A stretch of DNA of 64,000 nt, taken from positions 4,092,130-4,156,129 of the forward strand of contig CAJINV010000006.1 of NCBI GenBank assembly GCA_905178155.1. The letters are read 5' to 3'. The translations under genes and the position numbers were made by a program. Numbering within the stretch: position 1 is the first letter of the stretch; every line of letters starts with the position of its first letter. The notes beneath the pieces were generated by a model. It was not told the origin of the DNA. It was given only the letters and a program-made list of their open reading frames with translations, and did no database searches. Below are positions 36,901 to 49,774 of this stretch, one piece after another. The DNA is from Amoebophrya sp. A120. Its lineage: Eukaryota; Protista; Dinoflagellata.

Positions 36901-39900
36901 TTTTACCTTCCAATCACAAGTTGCAACGTTCCAGACCCAGACATTTGTGCATTTGGTAAACTCGACGGAGAGCTCTCGCCGCGCCACTTTCCCCCTTTGC
37001 ACCGGGGTACGCGGCACCGGGGTACGCGGCACCGGGGTACGCGGCACCGGGGTACGCGGCACCGGGGTACGCGGCACCGGGCGGGCCCCCCTTGTTTCCT
37101 TTCGGCCCAGCATGGGGACCTCCTCCTCCTGGGCTAGTACTAGCGCTCTTCCCCCAGGCGGCCGCTGGTGCGCTCGGGGAGGTCGGACGGCCCGCTTTGT
37201 TCCACGAACCGCTTTGTGGCGCAGCCGCAGCCCCCTTGCTGCTCCAATGGCCATACGAGCCGCCGCCCTTTCGCGGGCCCGCCCACGAGGAGCCTTTTCC
37301 CGCCTGCGACCAGGACGACTGCGCCCAGCCTCCGCCGGCATATCGTAAGGAAAAATCCCCCCTCCCCATACTGAACAGGTACGCTTACGGAGATTTGTGT
37401 TGCTGATTTGAGGGCACAAATCGCATTTGTCTTGCAAGAAGGCAACTCCACAGGTTCCGCCGCATTATGCAGGCGGTTTATCATGCTGTTGGGCCTACAG
37501 CACGGACGTTTTTCATGCTAAGCGACTAGGCCAAAGCCTCTCTACTCTGGCTTGCTATGGGTCTGCAGTCCTCTCCAGCAAGACAAAGCTGATTTGTGTA
37601 CGCAAATCCAGCATCAGAAGCATCGTTTTGATATGGGGAGGGGGGATTTTTTCTTTTGATACGGCACGGCCAGACTTCACGTACGATCCCCCGAAGAAGG
37701 CGAGCACGACCACGACGATCACGAGCACCGCCACCCACCACGCGTTGTCCTCGTCCACGTAGACGGTTCCGTCGTCAGTGGCTGCTGGTGCAACCACCGC
37801 CGGTTCCGTGGTGGTGCTCGTCGTGGACGACGACGTCGATGCCGGGTTCGCGCTCTCGACTTCCCGCGGTGGAGCCACCCGAGTCGGGAGGGAGGTCACG
37901 CTCGCCGCCGCGACCTCGGTATTGCGAAAGGTGTTACTGCTGTCCGCGGCAAACGCGTCGCTTAAAGCCTCCGCCACGCCGGCGGCAGTTAACTGATTCT
38001 CGAAGCGCTCCAAGGCCGCTTCCAACTCTGCCGTCGAGGAAGCCACTCCGTCCTCAAGGTACAGGCCGTACGACGAAATGCGCACTGCGTAGGACGACGA
38101 CGCACTGGCCGCAGAAAGCCCACGATCTGCGTGGAGCAGGTTCCTCGATCGGCTGCGCGTCCGCGACGAATCGGACGCCGGAAATGTTTGAACCACCTCG
38201 GACTGGCTGCCCGTGATCTTGACCAAGTTGGCTTGCTGCATCAGGAACGCCGTTGGAACGCCGGCGTCAGTAAGCCACGGCACCACGACCTCCGGCTGTT
38301 TGTGCAGGGTGCGAACCCCGTTCTCAACGAGCCGGAAAAACGTTGCTGCGGTGGCCTCGTTGGTGCCGACTTCGTCCATGAGGGTCGCGAATCTCTCTGG
38401 AGACAAAGTAGATGACATATGCATTGCAAAGATCCCTGGATGTCTGGAAACTTGTGACGCAAGGAAGGGAATAGTAAGCTCACCACAATGCGCTGCCAGG
38501 CATGACAAGCTTTTTCATGCAGCTTCTGAGTTGCGCATTCCGCACGAGAAACGGCGTCTTTGCATGACAGGGACGAGGAGATCTTCGCGGCCATGCAATA
38601 CAGAGCTCAGAGCCATGCCAGACTAGCACGACAAATCTCGCGATCTCCCAGAAGACCCAGACATCTTTGCAGTTGATATGACAGGGCGACATACAAGTTC
38701 TGCATCCGTGCGCGCAGATCCTCACTGGCTCCCTCTTCGGCCGTGACGCAGCAATGCTCGGCAGAGTCGCAAGCACTGCCGTCCGCGGGACACAACTTCC
38801 ACTGCGCGAACCCCCGGATTTTTATACCGGCTCCCGCACTACTCTCTGCAGCTTCCCGGCAAGCTTCCCGGACAGAGGAGTCCGCGTCTGCCTCTTCGCA
38901 CGTCGACTGGCAGCACTCTGCTTTGGTGCACGCTTCGGCATCTGCACACATTTGTGAGCCGAGAAGAGCGGCCTGCGTAGGGCAACCGTCATGGAACCCG
39001 CTACCGCAGCTGCCGATGAGCTGGCAGCAAGTGGCCGCGTCAGCAGCGACTGTGCAACTCGTACCGGCGCAGCGTGCGGAGGCATCCGGTGTCAAGGCCT
39101 TGCCAACTGGACAACTCAGCTGGCCGCTGGCGCCGCCAAATGCCGCAGCGCACAGCTGTTTTGGGGAACAGGCTGGGCTGTCGCTTTCCGCACCGATCAG
39201 AACGAAGTTTGGATGGCACTCACGGCACCCAGAAAGGCCGTCTCCCTTGCAAATCTCGCCGCTTGACGCACCGGTGACAAGCGGATCTCCATTCGTGCAG
39301 GTGCACACATTGGGGTAGCACTTCTTTTGCTGCCCTTCCAGAGAGTGCTCCCCGGTCGCACACTGAACCGCCGGAGGGGCATACACTTCGATTTCGTCAA
39401 CATAACGGATCGTGCGGAGCTTAGCCGGATTTGTTTCGAGGACGCCATCAGTATCCTTGGTCTCCTGTTCCTCGGCCTCCTTTTGCGTAACGCCGGGGAA
39501 CTCCACGATTACGTAGTTTGCTTCCTTTCCCTGGTTGTGATGCAATGCAAATACCCCTTTTTCAGGTCCCGGTAGGCTGTCCGAGTTTGTCATGCTCATG
39601 CCAAATCTGAATCGTACCGCATCAAAAGGTGCCCACTTCCTACCACTCAACAGGTAAACTTCTCATACGGAGTGGGCGTTGAGATAAGAAGCTCTTTCAA
39701 AATTTCTGATGCTTCTGGGTGCACTGAATAATGCCAACTTTGTACAATATATATCGTAAAGGTAAAGAACCACGAGACGCGTGACAAGTCTTCCAGTCTT
39801 CCAGGCGAACAAGATTATTTGCACTGGATAGCAGTCGACGTCGACATAAAACATTTCCCGGCTGCACAGCCACCATGCGGCTCCATATGCCTTGAACGTT

Positions 39901-42900
39901 GAGGACTGAATATCACAAGGAAAGACCCCCCCTCCCCATCTCAAAAGGAAGTTTCTGATGCTGGGCTTGCGTATATAAATCAGGGCTGTCTTGCAGTAGA
40001 GGGCTGCAGGCTCCTGCCGAGCCTGAGTAGAGAGGTTCTGGCCTAGGCGCTTAACATGGGAAACGTCTATGCTGTAGGCCCAACAGCATCACAAACCGCC
40101 TGCATAATGCGGCAGAGTCTGCGGCGTTGTCTTCTTGCAAGACAGACGTGATCCGTGGTCTCAAATCAGCAACGCAAATTTTCGGAAACATACCTTTTCG
40201 ATATGGGGAGGGGGGATTTTTCCTCTCAATACTGAACGGGGTGCACCGGATCAAAATACTTTGCCAAGAAGCCGCCTTTATCAAATGCAAAAATGTCTGG
40301 GTCTGGAAGATTCTAAACTTGTGATGCTGTCTCTGGATTCGAAAAAAATTTGTATATGTATGACCAGTAAGAGGAGTAGATTTTGTGCTCCGCGGAGATG
40401 GCATTTGTCATGCGGAATAGGCATGAGGAGGCGCTCTAAACATCTGTGATGCTAGGCCATGCATCAAAGGCATTATGGATCATGCAAAATATGCATGGCA
40501 AATCTTGCAATCTCCCAGACCCAGACATTTTTGCATTTGATAGTCTTCTGTTTGGCCCGTCTCCGACAGGTCGCGAGTGCCCACGAAGGCCGCTTGCGCT
40601 TTGTGCCGTGCTTTCGCGTGATCGTATAGTGGCTTAAAAAGGTCGCCCATTTTGACGCCCCCGGATCCGGAAGCGGCGCTCTTAATATGCATTGCCAAAA
40701 TAAGAAACAGCGACCAGCCCTTTATTGAAAGCGCGAAAGCGGCGACGCCCGGAACGTCAGCACTACACGTGTGCTGCGAAAGCTGCAAAACCAAGCCAAG
40801 AAAACAGGCTGGCGACCACTGAAAAGGTTTCGCGTTTTGGCTAGAATTTATTGAACGCTTTGCAGTATACATGTTGCAGATCTTCATCATGCGCGCCGAC
40901 TACTTCCGTTGTCCCGTTTTCGCCATCGCAAAAAGCTGGTAGCTGTTTGTTATAATTTTGCCCATGAATAATCGACAGGCATTGACTGAATTGCGATTCC
41001 TTCAGGGTCTGCTGCTGTTCCGGGAAGGGTTACAATGCCGCAGACTTTTTCATCGTCCCCGACGTCTGGATCCGGACAGGTTTCATAGCTTCGCTCCCCG
41101 TTTTTTTCCGTTGACATCCTCGCCCGCTGAGTATCAAAAGGGAAAATCCCCCCTCCCCATACATTTTCCGAGGGAAATCTGTGCTCATGCGCGATTCGTG
41201 TACAGGAGTCGGCTTTGCCTTGTAGCGAGAGACAGCAGGCCGCAGGTGGTCCTACGCCTGCATAGAAGTGCCTGGCATAGGTGCTTCGTTGTTACTTAGC
41301 ATGGCAGTGGCCTGCCCTGTGCGCACCCGCACAAGAACAGCTGCAGATATATAATGGCGGATCAGCTGCGTAAAAATGCGGCGGGCTCTCTGGATTTGCT
41401 CTCTTGCAGGACACCAGACGCGGTCTGTGAAGATTACAAATCAGCAGCACAGATTTTCAGAGGCACGCATGTCTTTTCGATACGGGTAGGGGGATTTCGC
41501 CTCATGATACGGAGCGTTTGCGACCTTGACCCGAAGCCCGCCCTTCTCGAACAAAGACGTCAAATGGTCCAGTTTTGGCCTCAAGTCCTGTTCGTTTGTA
41601 TACGTAGATGGCGTGCCCCACCCGGGCACCCAATCCCCACCCGTGAACCATATCAAAATGAAAGAACCCCCTCCCCATTAGATCAAGAGCGAAGACTTCT
41701 CTTGCTGGATTTGCGTACACAAATAGGCTCTGTCTTGCAGCAGAGGACTGCAGTCAGATACAGATCCTCGGCCTGTTTAGGAGAGTAAGTGTCTGACAAG
41801 CCATATGCCAAAGGCCAAACGCCTTCCCCGGATGCCATACAGCATGAGAAGTTCCTTTCGTAAAGCGGCGCGGCAGCCCTCTGCGCTTGCCTTTTTGCAC
41901 GACAAAGGTCACTTGTCCTCACATATCAGCATGGTCACAGATCTCGCTTTTGAGCATAAATAGGGGAAGGAGGGATCTTTCCTTGCGATAAGCCAGACCC
42001 GCACTTTTCCAACTGACACGGGAGAGGACTGTGGCGAGGGCACCAGCTGCATTTGGTACCAGGGACACGCCTATCAAATGCAAAAATGTCTGGGTCTGCA
42101 AGATTCTGAGACTTGTCGTTGTCATGCACGGTTTGCATGAGCCATGATGTCTGTGATGCATGCTCTAGCGTCACAGGTTTTTTGCAGGATTCTTGATGCC
42201 TATTCCGCATGAAAAATGCCCTTTCCGCGTAGCAAAATCAAAAATTAGAATCCTTTATGCTTCTCATGCAACACAAATTTTTTAGACATCCAAATGCAGC
42301 ATCACAGGTTGCATTCTTCCAGACCCAGACATTTTTGCATTTGATAACGCCGAGGTCGCGTGCTCCAGCCCGTTGAATATCGCCAGGAAAAACTGTTTCA
42401 CTGTAAACTTGTGATGCAGAAATTGGAACACAGAACTACTTATTTGTCTTGCTACACGACCTGCAAGACCTTGGATCATTTCCAAGCGTGTTTTATCCCC
42501 TTGGGACGTGCGCATGGCAAGTTTTCGTTGTCATGTTTGTAGAGCGAACTTGTGATGCGAAACTCGCAAAATCGTTACAGTGGAACACTTTATTTTTCCC
42601 GTGATATTGAACGTAGTCTGGCTGCTGGTTCCATCGTAACCATCCCCCCACTATGGATTGCAAAAGTGTCTGAGTATGGAAGAGTGCCAGACTTGTCATG
42701 CAGGTTTTCCATGACCCGTGAGGTCTGGTATGAAGGACATAGCATGACAGATTCTGTGGCAGAAGTTCTATCATGCCTATCCTGCATGAGAAACTGCCTC
42801 TCGATTAGGTCAAAAGTGGACAGCTTTTGGTAAACATGCAACACAGATTTTTACATGATTCAGATTTAGCATGACAAGACTGCACTCTTCCAGACCCAGA

Positions 42901-43948
42901 CATTTTTGCATTTGATACCCACCGACCCAGCAGACCATCGTAAAGCTGCGGGTAGTCAGGGCCCGGTTGTATCCTGAGTAAAAACGTCCCCACCCCAGAG
43001 TCAAGATGGGGATTTTGCAACACAAACCTGGAAGTCTTGGGACTCATGCATCACAAGTTGCAGTCCGTAGTGTAGTGCAGGCTAGCACAGGCAAACGCAT
43101 CAGAAACCCATCTGCTTATCCTGGTTACAGCATTACAAATGCCAAAACACGACTAGAAATTCAAATTCCTCTCATGGAGATGCCCATTACCAATGTTCCT
43201 GTCGTTGCAAATCTGCATGACAACTCTGGGGTGGGGACGTTTTTACAAATGATAGGTTGTGCGCTTTGCACAGCGACAGCGTGCGCGGTCGCTCCGTACA
43301 CCTGCAGTTTTCCCGCGCCGGGAGTCGTCGTGATAAGTCGCGACGTAGGGCCTACGCGTACAACAACATCCTGACAAGCGTCGTCATCAGGATCTGCTAT
43401 CTCACATGTTCGCTCCTATCAAAATGAAAAATCCCCCCGCCCCATCTTGAAAAGGAAATTTCTGTTGCTGCATTTGTGTACACAAATCAGCTCTGTCCTG
43501 CAGTGACGTACTGCAGGCAAAGCCTCAGCCTTCGTAGGGGTGTTTTGGTGTAGGTGCGTAGCAACGCAGAGGCCTGCCGTGTAGACGTAGCAGCATTACA
43601 AACCGCCTGCATAAAAAAGCAGCATTACAAACCGCCTGCACTCTTTGGATTTGCCCTCTTGCAAGAGAAAGAGGATTTGTGGTCGCTTTTAGAAGCATTC
43701 CGTTCCCTTTTAGTATGGGGAGGGGGGATTTTTCCTCACAGTAGCTCCTCCTGCATGTTCAAGTCGTAGGCTCCGTAGAAGTCGAAGGCGGCGTTTCGCT
43801 CACTCTCTAATATGTCGCTCCCATCCGCTTTTTTGCGGTCCTGTTTTCCGTACCATGGTGGACAGGTTGTGGTTACTGTCGCCTTCACCGGTAAAACAGC
43901 TGTGCCCGTGACGAGACACAGCAACCGCAGGACGCGCCCGGTGATCAT
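33906..43948 (-). CDS. Cys-rich type I membrane/surface protein (~1028 aa): signal peptide, F5/8-lectin-like motifs, Cys-rich repeats, TM helix, Gly/Pro/Tyr-rich tail; 14 introners
   Basis: Spliced 3087-nt frame; N-term MITGRVLRLLCLVTGTAVLPVKA; CPWYQMQL and VDCQGKEANYVIVEFPG...VDEIEVY; TM WWVAVLVIVVVVLAFFGG; start codon choice uncertain. Confidence 0.75.
35889..35953. mobile_element. Introner family C terminal fragment inside the retrocopy
   Basis: caacttgactacggggtcgtggggacgtttttgcttaggata; no partner TIR found. Confidence 0.7.
35954..36645 (-). pseudogene. 5' ORF fragment carried by the retrocopy (hypothetical protein)
   Basis: ORF 35920-36645 starts ~65 nt after the SL and runs into an introner fragment. 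Confidence 0.5.
36710..36724 (-). other. Relic dinoflagellate spliced leader (3' 15 nt)
   Basis: Minus strand CCATTTTGGCTCAAG equals the 3' end of DinoSL DCCGTAGCCATTTTGGCTCAAG. Confidence 0.9.
36999..37081. repeat. 15-bp coding minisatellite x5 (PGAAY)
   Basis: (gcaccggggtacgcg)5. Confidence 0.9.
37341..37661. mobile_element. Introner family B
   Basis: TIRs; TSD cggca. Confidence 0.9.
38418..38678. mobile_element. Introner family A
   Basis: TIRs; TSD tgaca. Confidence 0.9.
39539..39830. mobile_element. Highly degenerate family A introner
   Basis: Ends gatgcaatgcaaata / tatttgcactggata; TSD gttgt/gcagt; removal deletes an in-frame TGA. Confidence 0.7.
39911..40231. mobile_element. Introner family B
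   Basis: TIRs; TSD ctgaa. Confidence 0.9.
40279..40542. mobile_element. Introner family A
   Basis: TIRs; TSD gcctt/gtctt. Confidence 0.9.
40686..40970. mobile_element. Degenerate introner
   Basis: Imperfect TIR tatgcattgccaaaa..aaacagcgaccagc; TSD eroded (cttaa/atcga); removal restores frame. Confidence 0.65.
41132..41509. mobile_element. Introner family B (diverged)
   Basis: TIRs; TSD ctgag/cggag. Confidence 0.85.
41651..41990. mobile_element. Introner family B (diverged)
   Basis: TIRs; TSD aacca/agcca. Confidence 0.85.
42072..42346. mobile_element. Introner family A
   Basis: TIRs; TSD acgcc. Confidence 0.9.
42378..42606. mobile_element. Introner family D-like
   Basis: TIRs; TSD ttgaa. 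Confidence 0.85.
42652..42917. mobile_element. Introner family A
   Basis: TIRs; TSD cccac. Confidence 0.9.
42970..43254. mobile_element. Introner family C
   Basis: TIRs; TSD ggttg. Confidence 0.9.
43417..43743. mobile_element. Introner family B
   Basis: TIRs; TSD gctcc. Confidence 0.9.
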
Positions 43949-44318
43949 GTCCAGCCACATACTCTGCTTACTCGGAAAAATTAGCAGGAGCTGACAGAAA
44001 TTTATAATTTCTTTTTCAATACGAACCACGATCATAAAATTGCGAAACGTCTTCACATAGTAGACCAGCAGTTCAGATCGGAGGTCGTGTAAGAGGTGAT
44101 CCAGGTTCATCCGATCTTTGTTTCGTTCATCGCGGAAAAAGTTCACTTTTTGTTTGACATCGAGATGGAGATCGGCTTCGAAGAACATGAAAAAATAAAC
44201 AAAAAAAAATGTATACCTCTCGGCCTAGTCCACCGTGGTGAAGATTGTCTCCAGCGAACAAGGAAGAGTCAGCTTGCGCTTAGCCTCAAGGATCAGGACA
44301 GGCGGAATTGGAGCAGAG

Positions 44319-44590
44319 TATGCATTTTGCAAAAATGTTTGGGTCTGGAAGAGTAAAAGGTTGTGTTGCTCTACTTGCATGTTGACTCCCAAATCTGTCA
44401 TGCAGGATACAACCCAAAAGCTCCGATTTTCTGTCATTCAAAAACTACGCAGTTTGTCAACATGCTGAATAGACAACACCTTGCAAGAACTCAGAAACTT
44501 GTCATGCTGCGCCGTCATTTGTGGCGTCTTCACGCTTCGCCGGCCAGCATCACAAGTTCTTTCCAGACCCAGACATATTTGCATTTGATA
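44319..44590. mobile_element. Introner family A, outside any modelled CDS
   Basis: TIRs; TSD cagag. Confidence 0.9.
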
Positions 44591-45596
44591 CAGAGCTAAT
44601 CGAGAGACAGTGAAGTTGTAGACAAGGACGACACTGACACTGCTGCTGCTTTTCTTCGACTACACAAAAATGAAACGAGAAGGGGAAATAAGTGTTCTAC
44701 TTCGTGCAGTTCTGGGTATTATTAACTTAACAAAAGGTCCTGAAATAAGAAAGTGGTCCGGAAAGGTAGTGAATAAAGGTTGTTTATTATTATCCTACGG
44801 TGCAAATAATCGCAACTGCGGATTTTTCCAACATTTCTCAATAAAGGGGTGGTAACTAGAAAATGGAGGACGAAGTCGTGGACGATGAAGTTGCTGTTTC
44901 ATAGCGAAAGGACGAGGATGGAAGAACGAACAACTTTTCTTTGAATATTCATTTTGAACGAAACGTAAACCGACAACGACACTACGGTACAAATCTCGAG
45001 TACTATCATGTCGAATGATATTATTCGACATCATGCAACTGCACGAAAAACGTTCAACATCTCCTCGTCGTTTTTAACTGGGATTTCTATTTATTGTTGA
45101 CCGATCATCAAACAACTTTCTCTTTTTCGACGACCACGCACGAGGAAATAAATAATAACCCGCGGCTGCGCTAGTTGTTGCGTAACAAGACGACGACCTT
45201 ACAAAATAAATTCACACGAGCTCCGATTGGTCGCGAACAACAGCAGGGCGACCTTTGGAAGTTGTTGTATATTCAAAAGGAACATCTTGCGGGTGGTCGC
45301 ACCCCTTTCTTGCTCGCATTTATTTTGCCAAAAATCTCTTTTCTACAGATCAAGAGAATGTTGAGATTCGTTTTGAAGATTCCTACGCAAAGTCCTCGAA
45401 ATAAATCTCAAACAAAGTTCGGCACCTCCGCAGAATCTGTCGATAAAACGAAGTACTAGTTTATCGCTTTGTCAAAATGTTGAGCAAATAAATGGTAGCT
45501 CACCAGCACTGCAAATTTCTGTATTCTAATGCTATTAACGCACAAGTTGTCAGGCTAGTAAATGCAAGACTGCTGTAGATGTCCTAGAAGAACCCT

Positions 45597-48238
45597 TCAG
45601 AAAAATTGTCGAAAATCATCCCTTCTCCTCGTCCGACCGGGCTCGGTTCTATCCGGGACCTCCCCCGCCCGGACTCCCGGGCTAGCGGTCCCGACGAGCT
45701 GCGGCTCGCCTATGGAAGTGTCAGAATCGAAATTGGCAAAATCGAAAAATTTGTGATGCACAAAATCGATGCCAGTTGGAGCCTCAGTTTCCACGTGGCG
45801 CATGACAAATTTCGGGAGCACCCAAATCCAGTCTGTCATGCTGTTTGGGCAAAGAACGCTGCTCCTGTCATGCTACTCTGGCAGCACATTGCGTACCCCT
45901 AAACAGGCTTACAATCGGCCTCATATGCCTGCTCCCCAATACAGGCCTTCAGTGCTCTACATTTTACGCATCACAAATTTTTCGATTTTCTCGATTTCGA
46001 TCCTGACACATCCATATCGTCATCTGCACTAGAACTTTTCGCCGTGGTTAAAAAAACCGCTCCCAGAACTGCCGGCAATGGCTATCAGAAGGAAACATCC
46101 CCCCTCCCCATATCGAAAACGAAATTTGTGTTGCTGTATTTGAGTACACAAATCACATTTGTCTGGCAGTAAAGGACTGCACGCAGATCGTAAGCCGAAG
46201 GGGGGCCCCTTGGTCTAGGGGACTAGCATGGCAGACGTCTGCCCTATAGGCCTTGCAGCATTACAGATCGCCTGCATATCGTGGCGGAGTCTCTGAGTTT
46301 GCGCTCTTGCAAGAGAGACAGGATTTGTGGTCACAAATCAGCATCACAAACTTTTAGAAACATACCTTTTCAGTATGGGGAGGGGGGATTTTTCCTTTTG
46401 ATAATGGCATACCCGCAGCCGTTACCCCGTCTATCCACTGCAAATGTCGATCAGATCTGGGTCTGCAACAAACTTCAGATGCAGGCTGGACAAAAATCAT
46501 GAGCACCCCGCACTTGAAGACCAAGGAGCATACGTCGTTTCTCTAACTGCATGCCAGAAAATCAAAATTGGGGTGTAGGTGTAGAAGTTCGGGTACTTTT
46601 TATACGTGCATGATACACTTGAGTGTGGTCATGCTGGTCGAGCATGACAGACCTGGAATCATTCCAGAGCCAGATCGATATTTGCAATACATACCGTCCA
46701 ACGCGTGGCAGAGTATCCTATCGTAATTCCCAATACAGAAATATGGAATAGGACAGTTGTGTTCCTTCTTGCCATGCACTTTATCATTATTTCCACTTTC
46801 AAACTATTCTAGATCGAATTTGCTAAAAGTAATTGTGCATGACAAAGACCACTTCTGTCAATTCCATAATTCGAAGTGGGACACGCAGCCGGGATGTCCC
46901 GGCCGGACTTCGTCAAAATCGAACACCTATGCACTGCAAATATGTTTGTCTGGGTCTGGAAACCTGTGATGCTGAATTGAGCATGAAAGAAGCGCTTCCA
47001 ATGGCAGCCAAGCACGACAAGTTTTTGAGACAGTTCTGTTGATGCCTAGCACGCATCACAAATTGACTTTTTGCATGACAAAGGAACCTGCTCTTTTGCT
47101 GCTCATGCAACACAGATTTTCCAGGAATGCAAGACACGCATCACAAGTTCCACTTTTCCAGACCCAGACATTTTTGCATTTAATAACACCAAACCTGAGC
47201 CGTTTTCAAAACAGAGTCTGTGAAGATGCACACCTGGTGGACAGTCCGAGCCCTATCTGTGGTCAAGGTCAACATGCACTCAAACCTAATAAGTACCAAT
47301 AAATAGAAGCACAATATATTATACCTTGTTTCAGCACGTTCTGGGGACATTGCCCCTGGCAAGTGGACCAGCAGCGATATGACAGTGCACAACTCCCCCT
47401 CCCCCTCATCTGGATGTTGGCATCCACAGCAACACGAGCGCTGGCACAGATGCGGCTTTTGCATCACAAATTGTTCACGACCGACTCTAGTGCTGTCTTG
47501 GCTTCGAGAATCTGTGCTGGAAGCAGTGTCACAGGGCGAAGGGTGGGTTTGGCATTTTGCATGACAAATGAGGGGGAGGGGGAGTTGTGCACTCTGGTAA
47601 GCGATCACCCGCCGATAAAACCCCGTCCTCCAAATCTTCACACAGCGGCGCGACCGGCGACTCCGGGTGCGCCTGCATGGTGGACGCCTCCTTCCAGTCC
47701 AGCGTTTCGTCTTGCTTTGCCGCGGTCGCTATGCAAACGAAAAAGTGTTTAGACTCACACATGATTCTGGCGCAGGCCAAGCAAGACAAAAAAGGCTAGC
47801 CAACTACATGCCGGATATGCATAGGCGCTGCGAGCCTTGTTCTTCTTTTATACGTAGGCTGGTATAATTTCTATTTTTTTCTCATAGAAGCTGAAGCATC
47901 TCTGCGTTTTACAAATTTTCTCTTTCTTCCTTCAGACAAAATCTGTGTTGCTGCATTGACCACAGCAAATGTCGTGTATTAAATAAACTGTAACACTTTT
48001 TTCGTGCGATAGCCGCCGCGTCTTCCACACTGTCGAAGGCGGTTTTTACGACTGCGGGGTGAAGAACTGTGTGGTGCAAGAAGGGCACGGCACGACTGGA
48101 TGTACTGATGGCTCTCGCAAAAGAACCGCTCGCAGATGAAGCTGCATTTCCGGCCGGTCGAGCAGCTACAAGGCTGTCGAAAAACGACGTCGCGTGGATT
48201 TGGATCGGTGTCGTGGTGGAGCCCCCGTGGTCGAACAT
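45597..48238 (-). CDS. Hypothetical protein (~254 aa), 7 introner-type introns plus one canonical GT-AG intron (47257-47324)
   Basis: Spliced 765-nt frame: MFDHGG...DETLDWKEAST...DRCWSTCQGQCPQNVLKQ/DRARTVHQVC...CPTSNFCIGNYDRILCHALDG...; the canonical acceptor is inferred. Confidence 0.55.
45711..46016. mobile_element. Introner family I
   Basis: TIR tatggaagtgtcagaatcgaaat; TSD tcgcc/tcgtc. Confidence 0.88.
46083..46403. mobile_element. Introner family B
   Basis: TIRs; TSD atggc. Confidence 0.9.
46432..46693. mobile_element. Introner family A (diverged)
   Basis: TIRs; TSD ccgtc. Confidence 0.85.
46743..46867. mobile_element. Short introner with apparent 3-bp duplication (aat)
   Basis: atggaataggacag / ctgtcaattccat; removing 128 nt restores frame. 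Confidence 0.6.
46928..47185. mobile_element. Introner family A
   Basis: TIRs; TSD acacc. Confidence 0.9.
47378..47599. mobile_element. Introner family F
   Basis: TIR agtgcacaactccccctccccctcat; TSD agcga. Confidence 0.9.
47730..48011. mobile_element. Introner family D
   Basis: TIRs; TSD gtcgc/gccgc. Confidence 0.85.
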
Positions 48239-49774
48239 TTTGTGCTGCTGAAACAAGCGGCGCTTTCTTCAAAACGCGCAAGAATGGATGAAAGAAATAG
48301 AAAATACTAGCCTCGCAGTACAACTCATCCTGAATAAAGCCAATAAGTTATTTTTGGCTTTCTACACATACTCAGGCTCTTCAGGTAAAAAAGAATGCTT
48401 TCTGAATATAGCTCCTTTCCTAGTTATTCGCAACGAAAGTTCTTGTTTTTGATCTCTATCCCTCCTCGTTCAACCACTAAGCGCGACCGCACTTTTTCGA
48501 GCGATGGTTGCGAAGACCAGACTATCACTCTGAAACTCTCTCGAAGAAGAGGAAAATGCTCCGATTCATTTTTCTGGTGGAATCACGAGGGCGATAAGCA
48601 AGAACTCCGCTCAAAAGCATCAAATATACGACAAACGAAAAATTGTAAGAACGCGACTCACCTGTAATCAGACTTGTACCGTGCTGTGCAGAACTCAATT
48701 TTTTGGCCTCCGATAGACTACAACAGAAGGAGGCGAAACGTAACGAAGGCGCTTTTTTGGTAAAAATTTTCTCGTGCCAGAGTTGCGATGTTGAGGATTT
48801 TGCGATTTTGCAGCCAGCTTCTTGCGCTTCTAATTTTCTCTTCTTCTTTAAGATTAAGAAAATCCGCCACTAGTACTTGCAGCCAACCCTTCACGTACTT
48901 GTCTTTGAAGCCGAAGGGTGCGACCACCTCGGTGTTCCAATCTTCATCCGTTGCACACGAATAGAAACAGAATCGCGATACAGGTTGTCAAAGCTTAAGA
49001 AATTGAAATTATACTAAAACGATAGACCTCTCGACCCTAGAATTTCAGCTTGGCCACGGTTGATAGCTGTCATCAAGGATAGTTTTCAACAATCAAATCG
49101 AGAGACTAGAATATACTCCTCGAGGACACCAGTACTCGAGGCAACTGCGCTAAACAAAGTAATCATAATTCGAAAAGGTACTGAGTAAAAATAAAAATGG
49201 TAAACAACAAATACAATGTTCTGAAAAAACTTAAAAACAATGGTGAAAAAAATTATGATATCAAATGTAAAAATGTCTGGGTCTGGAAGATTCTGAGACT
49301 TGTCATGCATGTTTTGCATTGGCCATGATATCTGTGATGCATGCCCTAGCGTCACAGATTTTCTGAGGGCTTCGCGATGCCTATTCCGCATGACAAACAA
49401 GGTCCACGCGTGGGGACAGGGTCCCCACGCTGGGGCCTTGTGCGCATCCCTAGTGGCGCGAGTGGGAGAACATTGCTCGGCATCGCGGCGGACAGAGTCC
49501 GCCCTCGCCTCACATCAGGCGCGCGCGCAGTGGCTTAGTTCGCAAAGCGGTAGTGGGGGAAGGGTGTTCGGCATCAGTGCGGACAGTGTCCGCCCCTCGG
49601 CCTCGCCTCGCATCAGGCGCGCGCATAGTGGCTTAGTGCGCGAAGCGCTACAACCGGGCGCAGGGTGTTCCTTCGGCAGCGGGGCGGGCAATTCGAAACC
49701 ACCCCGGGAAAAGCAGTCCGGTCTCAAAGTTAAAGCTGCCTTTGTGCATCACAGGTCGGAGACTTCCCTCTCAT

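Larger units (their letters stand above)
33917..36958. mobile_element. Introner family A split by the mRNA retrocopy (3.0 kb)
   Basis: Left TIR at 33917, right TIR ending 36958; TSD aactc on both sides. Confidence 0.9.

Noticed and set aside
39663-39665. In-frame TGA suggesting stop-codon reassignment or selenocysteine
   Set aside because: Lies within degenerate introner 39539-39830; the modelled genes otherwise read cleanly with the standard code
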